Below are positions 1 to 9,260 of a stretch of 32,000 nucleotides of DNA, piece by piece. Origin of the DNA: Pseudomonas aeruginosa (GTDB lineage Bacteria; Pseudomonadota; Gammaproteobacteria; Pseudomonadales; Pseudomonadaceae); the NCBI RefSeq assembly GCF_001457615.1, contig NZ_LN831024.1, positions 780,001 through 812,000 of the forward strand, written 5' to 3'. Below the pieces are notes generated by a model. It ran no database searches, was not told the DNA's origin, and saw only the letters and a list, made by a program, of their open reading frames with translations. Every line of letters starts with the position of its first letter. Positions within the stretch are counted from its first letter, which is position 1. A program made the position numbers and the translations under genes.

Positions 1-2592
1 CGCGGCGAGCACCAGGTAGATCACCACCAGGGCGGCGAGGAAGGCGAACACCAGGGTGTTGCCTTCCTGGGTGTATTGCCGCGAGTCGGATTGCCAGTCG
101 TGGCTGAAGCCGGCCGGCAGGCCGCGCGCCACGTCGTCGAGGAAGGCCACCGCCTGGCCCATGGAGACGCCGGGCGCGGGGATCGCCTGGAGGGTCGCGG
201 CGTTCTGCTGGTCGAACTGGATCAGCTTGTTCGGTTCGACCTGAAGCTCCACCCGGACCACCGTCGACAGCGGCACCAGGTTGCCGTCCTGGGTGCGCAC
301 GAACTGTCGTGCCAGCGCTTGCGGAGTGAAACGCTGGTCGCGCAGGCTCTGTGGGATCACGTCGTAGGAGCGGCCCTCCATGCCGAAGCGGTTGACGTAG
401 TTCTCGCCCACCAGCACCGCCAGCGACTCGCCGATGTCCTGCATGCGGATGCCCAGGCTGTTGGCCTTGGCGCGGTCGATGCGGACCTGGACCACCGGGT
501 TGTTGTAGTCGAGGTCGCTGTCGACCACCACGAACAGCCCGCTCTGTCGGGCCTTCTGCTTGATCTCTTCCATGGTCCGGTAGAGCACCGGATAGTCCTG
601 CGGGCTGCGCAGCACCATCTGCACCGGCAGGCCGCCGGTGGAGCCGGGCAGGGCGGCCAACTGGAAGGCGAAGATGCTGCTGCCCTCGACATCGCCGACC
701 TTGCCTTGCAGCTCGGACTGGATCGCCGAGGCGTCGCGCTCGCGCTTTTCCCAGGCCGCCAGGTTGATCCCGCCGAAGCTCGCCGCCGGTCCGTCGGTGC
801 CGTTGATGATCCAGGTGCTCACGGTTTCCGGGATGCTGGTGTAGACCTGGTCGAGCTTGCGCGCGAACAGTTCGACATAGTCGAGGTTGGCGTGCTGCGG
901 CGCCTTGATCGCGGTGAGCACCGCGGCCTGGTCCTCGGTCGGCGCCAGTTCGCGCTTGGGCATCGAATACAGCAGCGGCAGGCTGATGCACACCAGCAAT
1001 GCCAGGCCGCCGGTCAGCCAGCGGTGGCCCAGGGAGAACTCCAGGACCTGCCCGTAGCGCCGCGTCAGGCCGCCGAAGAACCACTCGGCGGCGCGGCCCA
1101 TGCGCCCCTCGTTCTGGTGCGCCTGGAGCAGCAGCGAACTCATCACCGGCGACAGGGTCAGCGCCACCACCCCGGACACGATCACCGCGCCCGCCAGGGT
1201 CAGGGCGAACTCGCGGAACAGCGCGCCGGTGAGGCCGCCCATCAGGCCGATGGGGGTGTACACGGCGGCCAGGGTGATGGTCATGGCGATCACCGGGCCG
1301 GCCACTTCGCGGGCGCCGATCAGCGCCGCCGCCACCGGCGACTTGCCTTCCTCGATGTGGCGGTGGACGTTCTCCACCACCACGATGGCGTCGTCCACCA
1401 CCAGCCCGATGGCCAGCACCATCGCCAGCAGGGTCAGCAGGTTGACGCTGAAGCCGAAGGCCAGCATCAGCGCGGCGGCGCCGAGCATCGACAGGGGAAT
1501 GGTCGCCACCGGGATCAGCACGCTGCGCAGCGAGCCGAGGCAGAGGTAGATCACCAGCACCACGATCAGCAGCGCTTCCACCAGGGTCCGCACCACCTCG
1601 TCGATGGAGGCCTGGATGAAGCGCGAAGTCTCGTAGGCGAGGTCGACGCGGACATCCGGCGGCAGGGTCTTCTGGATCTCCGGCAGCAGCTTGCGGATGC
1701 CGTCGACGATCACCAGCGGGTTGCCGGTGGGCGTCGGGAACAACCCCAGGTGCACCGCCGGGTCGCCGTCCATCAGTGCGCTGGTCTCGGTGGCCGCGGC
1801 GCCCAGTTCGACGGTACCGACGTCGCGCAGGCGCACCAGGCCGTTGCCATCGTTGCGGATGACCATCTCGCGGAAGTCGTCGACGTTGGTCAGGTCGGTG
1901 TTGACCCGCACGTTGGACAGCACGTACTGCCCCTTCACCATCCCCGGCGCCGCCTGGTAGTTGTTGCGGCGGATCGCCTCGGCCACGTCGGAGGCGGTCA
2001 GGCCGCGCCCGGCGAGGCGGTCGGCGTCGAGCCAGAGGCGCATGGCCAGGCGCTGGCCGCCAAAGGTCTGGACCTTGGCCACGCCGTCGATGGAAGAGAA
2101 CATCGGCTCGACCACCCGCGACAGGTAGTCGGTCAACGCCGGGATCGGCAGGGTCTTGCTGGAAAAGCCGACGTAGGCTACCGCGGTGGTCTCGCCGGAA
2201 GAGCGTTCGATCACCGAGTCGTAGGCACGCTCGGGCAGCTTGTAGCGCACCGAGTTGACCTTGGCCATGGTCTCGGTCATCGCCTGGGTCGAATCGCGGT
2301 TGAGCAGCATGCGGATGGTCACCACGCTACGCCCCTGCACCGAGGTCGAGGAAAGGTAGTCGATGCCCTCCACCGACGACACCGCCTGGGCGATCGGCTG
2401 GGTGACGAAGCCTTGCATGAGATCGGCGGAGGCGCCGGGGTACTCGGTGGTGACGGTGATGGTCGAGCTTTCCAGCAGCGGGTACTGGCGGATCGGCAGC
2501 TTGCCCAGGGAGAACAGGCCGAGCAGCAGGATCAGCGTGCTGACCACCAGCGCCAGCACCGGCCGGCGAACGAACAGGTCGGTAAAGGTCAT
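1..2592 (-). CDS. mexI: RND efflux pump inner-membrane transporter MexI, C-terminus truncated by the left window edge
   Basis: Read by hand on the minus strand from the ATG at 2592 (MTFTDLFVRRPVLALVVSTLILLLGLFSLGKLPIRQYPLLESSTITVTTEYPGASADLMQGFVTQPIAQAVSSVEGVDYLSS...). Typical RND N-terminus and periplasmic motifs, directly downstream of the membrane fusion protein gene. Absent from the ORF track because it runs off the edge. Confidence 0.95.
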   Translation of the reverse strand, partial: MTFTDLFVRRPVLALVVSTLILLLGLFSLGKLPIRQYPLLESSTITVTTEYPGASADLMQGFVTQPIAQAVSSVEGIDYLSSTSVQGRSVVTIRMLLNRDSTQAMTETMAKVNSVRYKLPERAYDSVIERSSGETTAVAYVGFSSKTLPIPALTDYLSRVVEPMFSSIDGVAKVQTFGGQRLAMRLWLDADRLAGRGLTASDVAEAIRRNNYQAAPGMVKGQYVLSNVRVNTDLTNVDDFREMVIRNDGNGLVRLRDVGTVELGAAATETSALMDGDPAVHLGLFPTPTGNPLVIVDGIRKLLPEIQKTLPPDVRVDLAYETSRFIQASIDEVVRTLVEALLIVVLVIYLCLGSLRSVLIPVATIPLSMLGAAALMLAFGFSVNLLTLLAMVLAIGLVVDDAIVVVENVHRHIEEGKSPVAAALIGAREVAGPVIAMTITLAAVYTPIGLMGGLTGALFREFALTLAGAVIVSGVVALTLSPVMSSLLLQAHQNEGRMGRAAEWFFGGLTRRYGQVLEFSLGHRWLTGGLALLVCISLPLLYSMPKRELAPTEDQAAVLTAIKAPQHANLDYVELFARKLDQVYTSIPETVSTWIINGTDGPAASFGGINLAAWEKRERDASAIQSELQGKVGDVEGSSIFAFQLAALPGSTGGLPVQMVLRSPQDYPVLYRTMEEIKQKARQSGLFVVVDSDLDYNNPVVQVRIDRAKANSLGIRMQDIGESLAVLVGENYVNRFGMEGRSYDVIPQSLRDQRFTPQALARQFVRTQDGNLVPLSTVVRVELQVEPNKLIQFDQQNAATLQAIPAPGVSMGQAVAFLDDVARGLPAGFSHDWQSDSRQYTQEGNTLVFAFLAALVVIYLVLAA

Positions 2593-2604
2593 CGCGGGGT
2601 TCCT

Positions 2605-3717
2605 TCAGCGGCCTGCGACCGGCACGGGGGGCGCGGCGCTGCTCAGGGTGTCTTCCTTGACCGGTTCCACGGCCATCCCGTCGCTCAGGTTGATCTGTCC
2701 GGAAGTCACTACCCGGTCGCCCTCGGCGAGGCCCTGGAGGATTTCCACGCGACCGTCCCAGCGCTCGCCGATCCGCACCGAGACGCGCTTGGCGCTGAGC
2801 GGCCGGTCGCCGTCCTGGTGGGCGACGAACACGGTGTCGCCGTAGGCGGTGTAGGTGACCGCGGTTTCCGGCACGCTCAGCGACGGCGCGTCGGCTTTGC
2901 GCGAGACCCGGATGCTGGCGAACATGCCGGCGGCGAGCAGGCCTTCGGGGTTGTCCAGCAAGGCCTGGACCTGCACCGTGCGCGACTTGCCGATCAGCGG
3001 GTCGATGGCGCTGATGCGCGCCGGGAAGCTGCGCCCCGGATAGGCGTCGACCAGGACCTCGAGGGGCTGGCCGAGCTTCAGCTCGGGGCTGGTGCTTTCG
3101 TCCAGGGAGAAATTGCTTTTCAGGGTCCGCGCATCCACCAGGCTGGCCACCGGCTCGGCGACGCCGAGGTACTGGCCGAGGTGCACGCGGCGGATGCCGA
3201 GCTGGCCGGAGAAGGGCGCGCGGATCGCCTTCTGGTCGATCAGCGCCTGGGTCTGGCGCACCGCGCCGAGCGCCATGTCGCGGGCGGCGACGGCGTTGTC
3301 CAGCTGTTCCTGCGAGGCGACGTTGCGCTCTACCAGCTTGCGCGCACGGGCATGGAGGATCTCGGCATTGCGCAACTGCGCCTTGAGACGGATCAGCTCG
3401 GCCTGTTCCACCGCGTCGTTGAGTTGCACCAGCAACTGCCCTTGCTGCACCTGCTGGCCCGATTCGAAGGCGATGCGGGTGATCCGTCCTGCCGCTTCGG
3501 CGGCCACCTGGACCTGGCGACCGGCCTCCAGCTCGCCGACGCCATCGAAGACGCGCGGCACCACCCGCCGCTCCACCGAGGCGAGGGCGACCTTTACCGG
3601 CGGGTAGCCGGCGAAACCGCCGGCGTCTTTCTTCGCCGAGCCGGTGGCGTAGACGGCGATGCCGATAACCGCCGCGCAGATGAGCGCGGCACTGGCGATC
3701 AGGACGGGTTTCTGCAT
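2605..3717 (-). CDS. mexH: RND efflux membrane fusion protein MexH (370 aa)
   Basis: MQKPVLIASAALICAAVIGIAVY...VFDGVGELEAGRQVQVAAEAAGRITRIAFESGQQVQQGQLLVQLNDAVE: signal/TM anchor, biotinyl-lipoyl-like and alpha-hairpin domains; immediately upstream of mexI. Confidence 0.95.
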   Translation of the reverse strand: MQKPVLIASAALICAAVIGIAVYATGSAKKDAGGFAGYPPVKVALASVERRVVPRVFDGVGELEAGRQVQVAAEAAGRITRIAFESGQQVQQGQLLVQLNDAVEQAELIRLKAQLRNAEILHARARKLVERNVASQEQLDNAVAARDMALGAVRQTQALIDQKAIRAPFSGQLGIRRVHLGQYLGVAEPVASLVDARTLKSNFSLDESTSPELKLGQPLEVLVDAYPGRSFPARISAIDPLIGKSRTVQVQALLDNPEGLLAAGMFASIRVSRKADAPSLSVPETAVTYTAYGDTVFVAHQDGDRPLSAKRVSVRIGERWDGRVEILQGLAEGDRVVTSGQINLSDGMAVEPVKEDTLSSAAPPVPVAGR

Positions 3718-3724
3718 GATCGCC

Positions 3725-4171
3725 TCAGGCCTTCTGGTAGGTGGCGGCCACGGAGACGTCCTGGCGCAGCCGCTGGCGTTGCGCGCTGGCGATGGCCGTG
3801 GCGATCAGGCCGCCGATCACCGCGATGTGCTCGAGGGCGAAGAACATCGCCAGCTTGGCTTCGACGCCGGTCTTGCTCCAGAAGGTGTGGACGATGAGGA
3901 TGGTCAGCAGCAGGAACACCGCCAGCGCCCCGGCGCCGAGCCATAGCTTGCGGTCCAGCAGGACCAGCGCGGAGCCGGCCAGCAGGGTCACGGCGGTGGC
4001 GATGTTGAACAGCCAGGCCGGCTCCAGGCCGGCGGCGCGCATTTCCTCCAGGCTGGCCTGATAGTCGAACAGCTTCGCCAGTCCCGAGGCGACGAACATC
4101 AGGGCCAGGCAGATCCGGGCGGTCAGCCAGAGCCAGTTGCTTTCGAGCGAGTTATCGATGAAGCGCTGCAT
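3725..4171 (-). CDS. mexG: DoxX-family inner membrane protein MexG (148 aa)
   Basis: MQRFIDNSLESNWLWLTARICLALMFVASGLAKLFDYQASLEEMRAAGLEPAWLFNIATAVTLLAGSALVL...: four-TM DoxX signature; first gene of the mexGHI-opmD operon. Confidence 0.95.
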   Translation of the reverse strand: MQRFIDNSLESNWLWLTARICLALMFVASGLAKLFDYQASLEEMRAAGLEPAWLFNIATAVTLLAGSALVLLDRKLWLGAGALAVFLLLTILIVHTFWSKTGVEAKLAMFFALEHIAVIGGLIATAIASAQRQRLRQDVSVAATYQKA

Positions 4172-4268
4172 GGGTCGTTCCTTGTGCTGGTCGCCATCCG
4201 GCGCCGCGAAGCGGCCGTGGGGGCGGTTCGTGGTCCTGGGGAAACGGGGCGGTATGACCGCAGCGGGG

Positions 4269-4299
4269 ACTATAAAACCTCAAGTTAAGTTGAGGTCAA
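4269..4299 (-). promoter_or_regulatory. mexGHI-opmD promoter with SoxR-type long spacer
   Basis: Minus strand reads TTGACC-TCAACTTAACTTGAGGTTT-TATAGT: the spacer is 19 nt, characteristic of MerR/SoxR-activated promoters. Confidence 0.85.
4277..4296 (-). promoter_or_regulatory. SoxR box upstream of mexG
   Basis: ACCTCAAGTTAAGTTGAGGT: CCTCAA/TTGAGG dyad matching the SoxR operator consensus, located between the -35 and -10 of the mexG promoter. mexGHI-opmD is a known SoxR target in P. aeruginosa. Confidence 0.9.
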
Positions 4300-4462
4300 G
4301 GGCGTCTGTGATTAGCGCTATAGGCCTTGCTGGGCGTGGGTTGCAGGTGGATTCGTTGGTGTCGCGGGACGGTGGGGTGAGGGGCTGACGATTGGTCGCG
4401 GGGACTATTGGGGGAGGGGCTGGGTGTAGCTTGCGGGCAACCCGTCGCGACGGTTCCCCCTG

Positions 4463-4653
4463 GAGCGAGACGCCTTCGCGGCATCACTGTCGCTCGACCC
4501 GCTGCGCGACGATTCGACCTCCTGCCGGGGCGAGTTAGCTACCCCATCGTCTGGAGGGCAAGCATGGCAAACCTCTACGTGGCGGATCCTGGTTCCGTAG
4601 GGCGAATAACCGCTTGCGGTTATCCGCCGGTTCTCCGGGACAGCGGCGGATAA
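4463..4653 (+). other. Structured intergenic segment with a candidate 29-codon micro-ORF (4564-4653), speculative
   Basis: GAGCGA (4463-4468)/TCGCTC (4490-4495) dyad; nested CCTCC (4518-4522)...GGGG...CCCC...GGAGG (4553-4557) dyad enclosing a good Shine-Dalgarno; ATG at 4564 gives MANLYVADPGSVGRITACGYPPVLRDSGG*. Confidence 0.25.
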
Positions 4654-4677
4654 CGCCCCTGGCGTTATTCGCCCTAC
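4597..4677. repeat. REP/BIME-like palindromic repeat pair
   Basis: GTAGGGCGAATAACCGCTTGCGGTTATCCGCC ... GGCGGATAACGCCCCTGGCGTTATTCGCCCTAC: perfect 13-bp terminal inverted repeats GTAGGGCGAATAA/TTATTCGCCCTAC, each half an internal hairpin. A near-identical half recurs at 10210-10242. Confidence 0.85.
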
Positions 4678-4751
4678 AGGACTTGCCGTATGTGGGCGGA
4701 AGCTCCATGCCTGTGGGCCTTGGAGCCAGGGCGGGCTTCGGGTCTGGCTCC

Positions 4752-4816
4752 GTAGTGCGGATGACCGCTTAGCGCCGATCCGCCGGCCCAGCGGCGTATC
4801 GGCGGATGGCCGAGCG
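4752..4816. repeat. Degenerate REP-like element
   Basis: GTAGTGCGGATGACCGCTTAGCGCCGATCCGCCG ... CGGCGGAT: diverged copy of the 4597 REP with an ATCCGCCG/CGGCGGAT dyad, abutting the 3' end of ppgL. Confidence 0.6.
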
Positions 4817-4821
4817 CAAGG

Positions 4822-5988
4822 TCACGGCACCGCCACGAAGCGCAGATCGCTCGGCGACCCCACCTCGACGCTTTGCAGCGTCTTGCCCACCTGGCCGCTC
4901 TGCGGATCGCGGGCGAACACCCGCAACTGGTCGCTGTTCTGGTTGGCCACGAGGACGAAGCGCCCGCCGGGCGAGAAGGCGAATTCGCGCGGCTCGGTGC
5001 CTTCCACCGAGCGCCGTTCGACGAAACGCAACTGGCCGCTGGCCGGGTCGACGGTGAAGGTCACCAGTTGGTTGTCGTCGCCGCGATTGAGCACGCCGAG
5101 GAAGCGGCCGTCGGCGGACAGGTGCAGGGCGCCGGCGCCGACTTTGCCCTGGAAGCCGGCAGGCGCCAGGTCGTGGGTCTGCAACTGGCGCAGGCGGCCA
5201 TTGCCCTCATGGGCGAACACCATCACCTGGCCGCTCAGTTCCAGGGTCAGGTAGGCGAAACGCCCGTCGGCGCTGAAGATCAGATGGCGCGGGCCGCTGC
5301 CGGGCGGGGTCGGGACGAATGCCGGATCGGCCGCCTGCAGCGGACGTTCGGCCTGTTCCGGGGCGTAGCGGTAGACGAATACCTTGTCGGCGCCGAGGTC
5401 GGGGGCGAACAGGTACTGGCCGTCGGGCGAGGACACCACCGAGTGCACATGACCGGAAACCTGGCGCGGATGCACCTTGCTGGCCTGGTGCGACTCCACC
5501 TGCACCACCGGCGCCAGCGAGCCGTCCGCGCGCACCGGCAGTACCGCCACCGAGCCTTCCGGCTGTACCGAGTAGTTGGCGACGAACAGGTAGCGACCGT
5601 CGTGGCTGAGGCTGCTGTAGGTCGGATGATCGCCGAGGGTCTGGACCTGGCTGATCTGTTGCAGGCGGCCGCTGATCGGATCGAAACGGTAGGACGTGGC
5701 GCGACCGACGGTATCGCCCTTGCCGCCCCGTCCGTTCTCGTTGACCACGAACAGAGTGCGTTGGTCCGGGGCGAAGGTCAGGTATGAGGGGTTGCTGGTA
5801 TGGGCCACGCGCAGCGGGCCTTTCACCGAGCCGTCGGCGCCGTCGAAGCGGTAGACCTGGATGCCTTCGCTGGAGCCTTCGGTATAGGTCCCCACCAGCA
5901 GGTTGTAGAGGCTGGCGGCCTGTGCCTGGGGCGCCACGCCGGTGAGCGGCGCGAGGGCCAGCAGGCAGAGGGTGGGCAGTCTTCTCAT
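4822..5988 (-). CDS. ppgL: Secreted/periplasmic 7-bladed beta-propeller gluconolactonase, Pgl/YbhE family (388 aa)
   Basis: MRRLPTLCLLALAPLTGVAPQAQAASLYNLLVGTYTEGSSEGIQVYRFDGADG...: signal peptide; SHDGRYLFVANYS and GSGPRHLIFSADGRFAY lactonase-propeller repeats; RBS AAGGAG upstream of the ATG at 5988 (the track's 5994 start is a TTG). Confidence 0.85.
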   Translation of the reverse strand: MRRLPTLCLLALAPLTGVAPQAQAASLYNLLVGTYTEGSSEGIQVYRFDGADGSVKGPLRVAHTSNPSYLTFAPDQRTLFVVNENGRGGKGDTVGRATSYRFDPISGRLQQISQVQTLGDHPTYSSLSHDGRYLFVANYSVQPEGSVAVLPVRADGSLAPVVQVESHQASKVHPRQVSGHVHSVVSSPDGQYLFAPDLGADKVFVYRYAPEQAERPLQAADPAFVPTPPGSGPRHLIFSADGRFAYLTLELSGQVMVFAHEGNGRLRQLQTHDLAPAGFQGKVGAGALHLSADGRFLGVLNRGDDNQLVTFTVDPASGQLRFVERRSVEGTEPREFAFSPGGRFVLVANQNSDQLRVFARDPQSGQVGKTLQSVEVGSPSDLRFVAVP

Positions 5989-6067
5989 GGGCAACTCCTT
6001 GGCTCGCTATTGTTCTGATGGCTCGGGGTTGGACCGGAGCCAGGCCGTTGGGTTCGCCCCTGGCCGC

Positions 6068-6922
6068 TCAGTCGCCGGCCTGGCCCAGCACGCCGCGCCA
6101 GCGTTCGAAGGCGGCGGTCGCGTAGCCTTCGCGCCAGACCAGCCAGGTGTCTACTTCGGCAAGGGGCAGGCTGCGCAGCGGCGGCGTGCCGAGCAGTTGC
6201 AGCACCGAGCGCGGCAGCACGCCGACACAGGCGCCGGCGGCGACGCAGGCGAGGATCGCATGGTAGGAGCCGACTTCCTGCACCGTCAGCGGCGTGCCCA
6301 GGCTGTCCTCGGCCAGTTGCCGGTAGGTGCAGCCACGGGCGAAGCCGGCCAGGGTGCGCAGGCGCACCTCGGCGACGTCGTGGACCGGCGGGTGTTCGGC
6401 CGGCAGGATCATCAGCAGGTCCTCGCGGAACAGCGGCTCGCCGCGCAGGCCGCTGCCATCGAGTTCGCCGGCCCAGCCCGGGCCGGCGGCCACCAGCGCG
6501 CAGTCCAGGCGCCGCGCCCGCACCCCATCGAACAACGCGCGACTGGTGCCGGTGGAGACTTCCAGGGCGACCCGCGGACAGGCCTTGTGATAGCTCGCCA
6601 GCAGCGCCGGCAGGCGGTTGGCCGCGGTGCTTTCCATGCTGCCCAGGCGCAGGCGCCCGCCGGGCTCGGCGGGATGCATCGACTGACGCGCCTCGTCGGC
6701 GAGAGCCAGCAACTGCTCGGCGTAGGCGAGGAATTCGCTGCCGCGTTCGGTCAGGCTCATGCGCTTGCCGTCGCGCAGGAACAGTTCGACGCCCAGGTCC
6801 TCCTCGAGCTGGCGGATCCGCGTGGTGACGTTCGACTGCGCTCGCTGCAACCGCTGAGCGGCGCGGGTGACGCTGGCTTCGTGGGCGACCGCGCGGAAGA
6901 TTTCGAGGGAGGAAAGGTCCAT
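6068..6922 (-). CDS. nmoR: LysR-family transcriptional regulator (284 aa), divergent from nitronate monooxygenase
   Basis: [61 protein letters not shown]: LysR wHTH; divergent from nmoA as in P. aeruginosa nmoR-nmoA. Confidence 0.85.
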   Translation of the reverse strand: MDLSSLEIFRAVAHEASVTRAAQRLQRAQSNVTTRIRQLEEDLGVELFLRDGKRMSLTERGSEFLAYAEQLLALADEARQSMHPAEPGGRLRLGSMESTAANRLPALLASYHKACPRVALEVSTGTSRALFDGVRARRLDCALVAAGPGWAGELDGSGLRGEPLFREDLLMILPAEHPPVHDVAEVRLRTLAGFARGCTYRQLAEDSLGTPLTVQEVGSYHAILACVAAGACVGVLPRSVLQLLGTPPLRSLPLAEVDTWLVWREGYATAAFERWRGVLGQAGD

Positions 6923-7029
6923 CGATCTATCTCTTTATGAGAATGAATTGTTAAAAATATTCTTTTATGAAGATATATTGGTCAAGCGTCGGCCGACGCG
7001 GTGTCGTCCGACCGGGAGAGGGAATCGCC
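6923..7029. promoter_or_regulatory. AT-rich divergent promoter/operator region between nmoR and nmoA
   Basis: Island CTTTATGAGAATGAATTGTTAAAAATATTCTTTTATGAAGATATATTGG in a ~67% GC context, with direct repeats TCTTTATGA (6932-6940) and TCTTTTATGA (6961-6970). Confidence 0.6.
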
Positions 7030-8085
7030 ATGACTGACCGCTTCACGCGCCTGCTCGGCATCCAGCAGCCGATCATCCAGGCACCCATGCTCGGCGTCTC
7101 CACGCCGGCGCTGGCCGCCGCCGTATCCAACGCCGGCGGGCTCGGTTCGATCGCCATCACCGGTAGCGCCGCCGAGAAAGGCCGGGCGCTGATCCGCGAG
7201 GTGCGCGGGCTGACCGACAAGCCGTTCAACGTCAACCTGTTCTGCCACCGCCCGGGGCAGGCCGACCCGGCCCGCGAGCGCGCCTGGCTGGACTACCTGA
7301 AGCCGCTGTTCGCCGAGTTCGGCGCCGAGCCGCCGGCGCGCCTGAACAACATCTACCTGAGCTTCCTCGAAGACCCGACCCTGCTGCCGATGCTGCTGGA
7401 AGAGCGGCCGGCGGCGGTCAGCTTCCATTTCGGCGCGCCGCCCCGCGACCAGGTTCGCGCGTTGCAGGCGGCGGGCATCCGCGTACTGGTCAGTGCCACC
7501 ACGCCGGAGGAAGCGGCCCTGGTGGAGGCCGCCGGCGCCGATGCGGTGGTCGCCCAGGGCATCGAGGCCGGTGGCCATCGCGGGGTGTTCGAGCCGGAGC
7601 GCGGCGACGCCGCCATCGGCACCCTGGCGCTGGTCCGCCTGCTGGCGGCGCGCGGTTCGCTACCGGTGGTGGCTGCCGGCGGGATCATGGACGGACGGGG
7701 CATCCGCGCCGCCCTGGAGCTGGGCGCGAGCGCCGTGCAGATGGGCACCGCCTTCGTCCTCTGTCCGGAGTCCTCGGCCAACGCCGCCTACCGCGAGGCG
7801 CTGAAGGGGCCGCGCGCGGCGCGCACCGCGCTGACCGTGACCATGTCCGGGCGCAGCGCCCGCGGCCTGCCCAACCGGATGTTCTTCGATGCCGCCGCGC
7901 CTGGAGTGCCGCCCTTGCCGGACTATCCGTTCGTCTACGACGCGACCAAAGCGTTGCAGACCGCCGCTCTGGCTCGCGGCAACCATGATTTCGCCGCCCA
8001 GTGGGCCGGCCAGGGCGCGGCGCTGGCGCGGGAGCTGCCGGCCGCCGAACTGCTGCGCACACTGGTCGAGGAACTGCGCGGCTGA
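7030..8085 (+). CDS. nmoA: Nitronate monooxygenase / 2-nitropropane dioxygenase family (351 aa)
   Basis: MTDRFTRLLGIQQPIIQAPMLGVSTPALAAAVSNAGGLGSIAITGS...VVAQGIEAGGHRG...LPVVAAGGIMDGRGIRAALELGASAVQMGTAFVLCPES: FMN-dependent NMO motifs. The ATG at 7030 is preferred over the longer track ORF. Confidence 0.92.
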   Translation: MTDRFTRLLGIQQPIIQAPMLGVSTPALAAAVSNAGGLGSIAITGSAAEKGRALIREVRGLTDKPFNVNLFCHRPGQADPARERAWLDYLKPLFAEFGAEPPARLNNIYLSFLEDPTLLPMLLEERPAAVSFHFGAPPRDQVRALQAAGIRVLVSATTPEEAALVEAAGADAVVAQGIEAGGHRGVFEPERGDAAIGTLALVRLLAARGSLPVVAAGGIMDGRGIRAALELGASAVQMGTAFVLCPESSANAAYREALKGPRAARTALTVTMSGRSARGLPNRMFFDAAAPGVPPLPDYPFVYDATKALQTAALARGNHDFAAQWAGQGAALARELPAAELLRTLVEELRG

Positions 8086-8114
8086 GGGAGGCCGTTCGCT
8101 GCGCGCGACGATGA

Positions 8115-9221
<1,107 letters not shown>

Positions 9222-9226
9222 TTCCC

Positions 9227-9251
9227 GCGGCCCGCCGCCGGGGCGGGCCGC
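9227..9251. terminator. Probable bidirectional terminator between convergent ddlA and the MBL-fold gene
   Basis: GCGGCCCGCC-GCCGG-GGCGGGCCGC: perfect 10-bp stem with 5-nt loop, then CGCCTTTC; it lies in the 39-bp convergent gap. Confidence 0.65.
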
Positions 9252-9260
9252 GCCTTTCGC

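Noticed and set aside
76-3897. 1273-aa plus-strand ORF from the track
   Set aside because: Shadow ORF opposite mexI/mexH/mexG; composition dominated by H, R, G, Q, D with no recognisable domain, caused by high-GC third-position bias.
4201-4215. GCCGC-GAA-GCGGC hairpin in the mexG 5' leader as a possible attenuator
   Set aside because: Only a 5-bp stem with no U-tract or alternative structure; such hairpins are expected by chance at this GC content.
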